DNA of 64,000 nucleotides from Candidatus Obscuribacteraceae bacterium (GTDB taxonomy: Bacteria; Cyanobacteriota; Vampirovibrionia; Obscuribacterales; Obscuribacteraceae), in NCBI GenBank assembly GCA_044229845.1, contig JBGASG010000009.1:32001-96000 (forward strand). Direction: 5' to 3'. The notes below the pieces were generated by a model, which was not told the origin of the DNA, did not search any database, and saw only the letters and a program-made list of their open reading frames with translations. This document shows, in pieces, positions 59,601 through 64,000 of the stretch (its first letter is position 1; each line of letters begins with the position of its first letter). Made by a program: the position numbers and the translations under genes.

Positions 59601-59753
59601 TTTGGTGTCACGGCCCTCGTCCCTCGCGATGATGGAAAGACTGAATACTTGACGATATGCTGCTTCGCCGATGAATCGGACGAGCGTATCGGCGATCTCA
59701 AACGTATTCTGCAAGCGCAGGCAAGCAGCGCAAATCCGTTGCTGGGCAAATAG
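56664..59753 (+). CDS. Very large polytopic membrane protein of unknown function
   Basis: 1029-aa ORF with many hydrophobic segments, an acidic linker and a soluble C-terminal domain. Confidence 0.8.
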   Translation: MNPLNVIATLRKFGNFLVGLFPFLAVVGAKLSKLTGTVWLEKVIAWLKAHKRLAPVGNAIERFFWKDYARDRLVADTFPAGTLTLLRVSSLVTLALTLCTPLAFVLTKAAVPVELNSGTISSAPLWVVYLWIIGASLGWGAILAGAAQCHRVIFAVLAVACVWFVGSCALFSPRSYFNWLLPAAIYLAIHYSGYKSVRAEGARNFPAVLSALVAGSAAGMFLVVLCPLGALAKPYGLQWGAAVGSVLGLIALLTANQKEEPAAAIESEELAAPVVTMTFTLMPLILAFSFSVVIRGGVSPFAGQMIASLQQWNGFLWPLWYFVGVGIVYKLLKNAKIMTYTVRDLLSARIFNPLAVLIIIVAALVVCSGELRGELSRVDALLPVAVFFNNVHHANGWFWSQQLNQLAAPWMSYILLFDLTAILWMAIRKQLNEERLVTMLYFTTLCWLLIYEYQFQFSSFAQSPGHNVMVVVTFAVWLLWLFHTSVFAMCSQSTRSWPKGGRIGLYCGLISLCLLMIAARTVVKDFKVTNEIFLVMFRGIIDIGLPYFLYVLSVRRFERLPIRVLRVFQCFCAGALVTFPFNLLDKLALSDWSLYRFFELLKHEVANLSTHGYLEGFTVILPGAWVLIRSLLYSALLVALFLVGRKRLVKDDAQFPAAIIFALLSFASGFGSFCKTNVDLPLPPLLTALVMPFNVSYSIDWNWIFSYLAVLLPCLFFALLTTAGKALSNVKLVGVGLMTSVITFCFWTAYPRYESYLQSTNLMNTLLAACSMLFLYMIFHIVWKLESTADILKKSKPETTESVLLEEEDSMDSELQFVTMGEEEETPAPDADGTAAPEVKPLVGVRGLTALTAAACICFIAFGFYRGNAKRLIPQSVPPLNATMKLPADWQPGKSGGGPSAIFISPGQGLNSTLEIGTLPSNPEGVEALAIALAKTCESKQVLPKFATQNILRWREIPGKPAAIYFRFTIKVGEIEMPRFGVTALVPRDDGKTEYLTICCFADESDERIGDLKRILQAQASSANPLLGK

Positions 59754-59789
59754 AAAAACACGGCGCAAGTAAAAGCAACTTGCGCCGTG
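59754..59789 (-). terminator. Intrinsic terminator
   Basis: 12-bp perfect stem CACGGCGCAAGT/ACTTGCGCCGTG; T-run follows on the minus strand. Confidence 0.8.
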
Positions 59790-59973
59790 AGAGCTGATAC
59801 CGCACACGCCAATGCGCGGTGTTCAGAGGTGCCGCCAACGTCCTCACCAGAGACTGTTACGTGGGGTGATGGGTATTGCAGGGAACATTTCGCCCTTAAG
59901 CATGAATGATGGATAGGCTGGAGTCAGTACGTAATTGCGTACGCGGACAGTCGGGGTCGCACACACAGACCGG

Positions 59974-61272
59974 CTAAGTCTCACGGGTTACGAAACAGTT
60001 GCGGCCTTTTTGTTTGCCTTTGTACAGCCTGGAATCAGCAAGGTTGACCAGTTCCTCTGCGGTCTGCACTTCGTCGGGCAGCGAAGCCAGCCCGATTGTA
60101 ATCGTGATTTTCCGTTTCTCGACTCCTCCTTGCACGATGGTGCAGCTCTTCGGCACCTCCGCAACCAGACGCTCAGCCAGATCGTCGGCATGATCGAGAT
60201 CGGCATCGGGAAGGATCACGGAGAACTCCTCGCCACCATAGCGGCACAGGAAATCGGACTTGCGGATGATCGCTTGCATGGTGTGTGCCACCAGCGACAA
60301 GACGCGGTCGCCTTCCGCATGTCCGTATGTGTCGTTGATGCTCTTGAAATGATCGATGTCGATCATCAGGAGCGCGAGCGGACGGCCGGCGCGATGCGAA
60401 AGTGCCACCTCGGAATGCAGGATGTCGTCGAAGAATGCCCTGTTGTACACACTGGTGAGTGCGTCACGAGTTGCTTGAATACGCATGGCTTCGTACTTCT
60501 GTCGGTAGGTGAGCACCTGGAACAGGTCTCCCAATGCGCGTCTCTCACCGGGTGCCAAAGGTTGTGTGACGTCGAAGCGGCGCAGATAAATGGTCAACAC
60601 CACAGCGTAAAGCAGCGCCGCAACCGACTTGCCTAGCAAGCCTGAAAGCAGCAAGTGAACATAGTTAGGGAGTTCGACAAAACTGCCGGTGACGAAGAAC
60701 ACCGTGTCAAAAGCCAGCACTAGAGTCATCGAAAAGAAAATCGGCAGGAAAAGAGAACGGGGAAAGCGACGTGCGAAAAACTCGTACACAAGAATAATCA
60801 GGATGGCGTCAAAGAAGAGAGCAAACGAGCCGACCAGATCAATGCGCGGCTTGTGCACGAAGAGCTCTGCCGACAGATGGTATGGATTGAAAACGCTTGC
60901 GCCGCGCAGGTGCAGCACCACGAGCAGATTCAAGAGAGAAGCCACCAGGTTGGTGGCAACCAGAGCGTAAATCAGTTTGCGGGCTTCGGCGGCATCTTCG
61001 CGAATGTAGATAAACAGCACTGCGAAAATTGACGCCGGGAAGAGAACGACCGATCCCGGACTGACGAGAATGTCCGGAGTGATCATCACGTATATAGTCG
61101 CGGCGAGCAAGTTGGACAGTTGGAAAAAGACACCGAGCGTGGTGTAAATCGGTGCCAATCCAAAAGTGGCACGCAGGCGGAAGAAAAGTAGCAATATCGA
61201 AGAAACGAGCACCGTTTCCACGAGCATCAAAAGTATCTGCTGTCCAACCTGGAATGGCATAGGAGCCATCAT
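59974..61272 (-). CDS. Diguanylate cyclase with N-terminal VUT/YhhQ-like membrane domain (start 61272 or 61260)
   Basis: D.LT.VYNR, DIDHFK.INDTYGH, RKSD I-site and RYGGEEF motifs; about 7 TM segments at the N-terminus. Confidence 0.88.
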   Translation of the reverse strand: MMAPMPFQVGQQILLMLVETVLVSSILLLFFRLRATFGLAPIYTTLGVFFQLSNLLAATIYVMITPDILVSPGSVVLFPASIFAVLFIYIREDAAEARKLIYALVATNLVASLLNLLVVLHLRGASVFNPYHLSAELFVHKPRIDLVGSFALFFDAILIILVYEFFARRFPRSLFLPIFFSMTLVLAFDTVFFVTGSFVELPNYVHLLLSGLLGKSVAALLYAVVLTIYLRRFDVTQPLAPGERRALGDLFQVLTYRQKYEAMRIQATRDALTSVYNRAFFDDILHSEVALSHRAGRPLALLMIDIDHFKSINDTYGHAEGDRVLSLVAHTMQAIIRKSDFLCRYGGEEFSVILPDADLDHADDLAERLVAEVPKSCTIVQGGVEKRKITITIGLASLPDEVQTAEELVNLADSRLYKGKQKGRNCFVTRET

Positions 61273-61335
61273 ACACCCGGGGGTTGTCTGTAGTAGGATC
61301 AACCTGTCACGGAATGTGGGTTTGAGGGCTTGCGG

Positions 61336-62559
61336 ATGAAGCGCTTTCTGGCATGGAGTTTGGTCGCGCTGGCGTGTCTGTGCGACATAACCGGCACCGC
61401 TGCCTTTGCTCAAGAAACCGCTGCTGGAACGTTTCCTGTTGATCTGTTCAGAGAAACAGCCAAAGGCAGGTCCGACAAGAATGTCCTGGTTTCGCCCTTT
61501 AGCGCCGCTACCGCCCTGACCATGGCCTATGCAGGCTCGGAAGGCGGTACGCGGGAAGCGATGGCGCGCGTGCTGGGACTGCCCGCCGAAGACGAGAAAG
61601 CGTACGCGGCGCAGAAAGCACTTCTTGATAGCCTCAGCAAGCCTGGCGACGCAACCATTCTGGAGATTGCTAATGCTCTGTTCGGCAACCAGAGTGTGAA
61701 ATTCAAAGAGGCATTCCTGTCCGTTAATAGAAAGTACTTTGACTGTGAAGTCAACTCGCTCGACTTCTCCGCAACCGCTTCGCTCGCGAAGATTAACTCC
61801 TGGGTTTCAGAGAAGACGCACGCGAAAATTCCCACCATTATCCAGAGTGTTGATCCTAAGAGCGTTCTCTTTCTTATCAATGCTGTCTACTTCAAAGGAA
61901 CATGGGCACAAAAATTCGAGAAGGCGCTGACCAAGCAGGCACCATTCAAGATGGCTGACGGTTCAGTCAAGAACGTGTCCATGATGAGTACGGTCCGCAA
62001 AGATTTTCGGTACCTGCAGACCGATGATTTTCAGGCGGTGGCACTACCTTATTCGGACGGGCGCTTGAGTCTGTATGTGATCCTGCCGATCAATATAAAG
62101 CCACTCAATATCTTCGAAGCTGAGATGACGCAGGAGAAATGGAACGAGTGGCTTGGGAAGTTTGCGAATAATCCCGGCACGCTCGCGATGCCACGCTTCA
62201 AAATCGATGATGACATGCTGCTCAACGATCCCCTATCTCAAATGGGTATGGGCGTAGCATTCCAGCCGAAGAGCGCGAATTTTGTCGAGATGGTGGAGCA
62301 AGGCGACGATCAAGAAATCTTCATTAGCAAAGTGATTCAGAAGACTTTCATGGACGTGACTGAAGACGGCACGGAGGCTGCTGCGACCACAGTTGTCGCC
62401 ATGCCGCGCGGTCTTTCCATTCCTGATAAAAAGCGGCCCTTCTATATGACGGTCGATCATCCATTCATCGTGGCGATCGTGGATGAAACCACCAGAGCTA
62501 CGTTGTTCATAGGACATGTGGCAGATCCGGTGGGCGGGTCTGCTCCGGGAACCAAGTAA
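61336..62559 (+). CDS. Secreted serpin
   Basis: Signal peptide; NVLVSPFS, INSWV..KT, NAVYFKG.W, EDGTEAAA hinge and DHPF motifs. Confidence 0.95.
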   Translation: MKRFLAWSLVALACLCDITGTAAFAQETAAGTFPVDLFRETAKGRSDKNVLVSPFSAATALTMAYAGSEGGTREAMARVLGLPAEDEKAYAAQKALLDSLSKPGDATILEIANALFGNQSVKFKEAFLSVNRKYFDCEVNSLDFSATASLAKINSWVSEKTHAKIPTIIQSVDPKSVLFLINAVYFKGTWAQKFEKALTKQAPFKMADGSVKNVSMMSTVRKDFRYLQTDDFQAVALPYSDGRLSLYVILPINIKPLNIFEAEMTQEKWNEWLGKFANNPGTLAMPRFKIDDDMLLNDPLSQMGMGVAFQPKSANFVEMVEQGDDQEIFISKVIQKTFMDVTEDGTEAAATTVVAMPRGLSIPDKKRPFYMTVDHPFIVAIVDETTRATLFIGHVADPVGGSAPGTK

Positions 62560-62599
62560 AGCGGTTACCATTGTTTTTACAGAGTGAGGAACTGCATTT

Positions 62600-63805
62600 A
62601 TGAAAGGCATGCTGGCGCTGTGTCTTACATTCGTCCTGGGCGCGGGTGCGATGCCGCCAGCCTGTGCGGACGAGGAGGGACCGGTGATGTCTGGTTTTCC
62701 GTTACAGTTGTTTCAAGAGGTTGCGAAGGAGCATCCGGACGCCAACGTGCTTGTGTCGCCGTTCAGTGTAAAGACTGCTTTGACGATGACCTACAATGGC
62801 GCCGCCGGCGATACCAGGAAGGACATGGGAAAAGTGCTCGGATTCGCTGAACTGGGATCGGTAGAGGCGGTCGCGGCCCGTGAACAGTTAGTGTTGAATA
62901 GCCTCAGGCAGCCAGGACTGAGCACCCAGCTCGAGATTGCCAACGCGCTCTTCGGCGAGAAGTCTATCGCATTCAAGCCGGACTTCGTCTCACTGAACAA
63001 GCAATACTTCGGAGCCGAAATCAACTCGCTTGATTTCAAGTCACCCGATGCGGTGAACACGATTAACCAGTGGGTATCCGACAAGACACACGAAAAGATT
63101 CCAACCATTCTCGAGCAGGTCAGTGAAGACGCGATTCTCTATTTGATCAACGCTATCTACTTCAAGGGGGCATGGCAGCACAAGTTCGACAAGGCGCTCA
63201 CCAAACCGGGCGACTTCCATCTGCCGAACGGGTCCACGAAGAAGGTGCCCATGATGCATCTCAGTCGTGACGATTTTCGCTACTACGAAACTGGCGACTT
63301 CAAAATCATCAGTCTCCCTTATGCAGATGGACGCCTCAGCATGTATGTGATACTGCCTGGCAAAGCAACATCGTTGTCCGCATTCGAAGCCAGTCTCACA
63401 CCGCAGATGTGGGTCGACCTGGTTAATCGCGTACACAAAAGCGATGGACGTCTTGTGCTGCCGCGCTTCAAGCTGGAAGACAAAATGACGCTCAAAGAAG
63501 TTCTCTGTCGAATGGGGTTGGAGGTAGCCTTCGATCAAAACAAAGCCGATTTCAGCGAGATGTCGGATTTGAAACAGCGTGTCTATATCAGCCAGGTCTT
63601 CCACAAGACTTTTATGGACGTGAACGAGGAGGGCACCGAAGCCGCCGCTGCCACTGCGGTGGAGATGGCTCCTACGATGGCCATGGCAAATCCGCCACCG
63701 CCCTTTGAAATGATCGTCGACAGACCATTTGTTATCGCGCTGCGGGACAACAAGACGGACAGTCTGCTGTTTATGGGGCACGTAGTGGAGCCGCCCGGAC
63801 AGTAA
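62600..63805 (+). CDS. Secreted serpin
   Basis: Signal peptide; NVLVSPFS, NAIYFKGAW, EEGTEAAAAT hinge and DRPF motifs. Confidence 0.95.
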   Translation: MKGMLALCLTFVLGAGAMPPACADEEGPVMSGFPLQLFQEVAKEHPDANVLVSPFSVKTALTMTYNGAAGDTRKDMGKVLGFAELGSVEAVAAREQLVLNSLRQPGLSTQLEIANALFGEKSIAFKPDFVSLNKQYFGAEINSLDFKSPDAVNTINQWVSDKTHEKIPTILEQVSEDAILYLINAIYFKGAWQHKFDKALTKPGDFHLPNGSTKKVPMMHLSRDDFRYYETGDFKIISLPYADGRLSMYVILPGKATSLSAFEASLTPQMWVDLVNRVHKSDGRLVLPRFKLEDKMTLKEVLCRMGLEVAFDQNKADFSEMSDLKQRVYISQVFHKTFMDVNEEGTEAAAATAVEMAPTMAMANPPPPFEMIVDRPFVIALRDNKTDSLLFMGHVVEPPGQ

Positions 63806-63850
63806 GCTTTCTGGTAGACTTCTCTCAGTTTCAGCCGGAGGTCTTCCGAG

Positions 63851-64000
63851 ATGAACACCCGTGCCAGTCAAGTCTCCTGGTGTGTCAACCGGGCGGCATC
63901 GGCATGGATTGTAATCGGCTGCGTCGGCGCTTTCAGTACCCTCACTCTCTCGTTAACAAGCTGCACACCGCCGCCCGCACCGCCTGCGCGCACCGGACCG
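63851..64000 (+). CDS. Probable lipoprotein, 5' part only
   Basis: GGAGG RBS; MNTRASQ...LSLTSC lipobox followed by a Pro-rich linker; open at the window end. Confidence 0.55.
   Translation, partial: MNTRASQVSWCVNRAASAWIVIGCVGAFSTLTLSLTSCTPPPAPPARTGP

Overview
A gene-dense, moderately GC-rich bacterial chromosomal window with no rRNA, tRNA, CRISPR array or recognisable transposase/integrase. Gene content (many Hanks Ser/Thr kinase-TM-TPR proteins, PAS histidine kinase, stand-alone zinc-ribbon proteins, DUF6088, PsbP-like proteins, devBCA) suggests a non-photosynthetic cyanobacterial relative such as Melainabacteria/Obscuribacterales; that is inference only. Contents in order: PaoABC/XdhC-type molybdoenzyme operon, kinase/hypothetical cluster, sugar porter, TetR-devBCA, amidase, ferrochelatase, PhoD-like pair, PRTase, GH15-like fusion, bestrophin, TIGR04222-DUF692 cluster, ppk2, SWIM-SNF2 helicase, a histidine operon, DUF5131, DUF6088, O-methyltransferase, a large membrane protein, a diguanylate cyclase and two serpins. 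The strongest lead is the histidine operon (44275-53290). It has a His6 leader-peptide attenuator and a HisA-HisI-HisE fusion, but no hisB and no canonical hisC. Instead it carries an AspC-like aminotransferase, a HisD with Arg at a conserved Zn-ligand Gln, a translationally coupled APH/choline-kinase-fold protein and a large HAD protein. This suggests an undescribed variant of the late histidine pathway. Other leads are a four-copy 26-bp palindrome bracketing two segments, an MNIO enzyme next to a Cys/Gly-tailed membrane protein, a VUT-like/GGDEF fusion, and internal deletions in two kinases. All family assignments come from motif recognition, not database searches.
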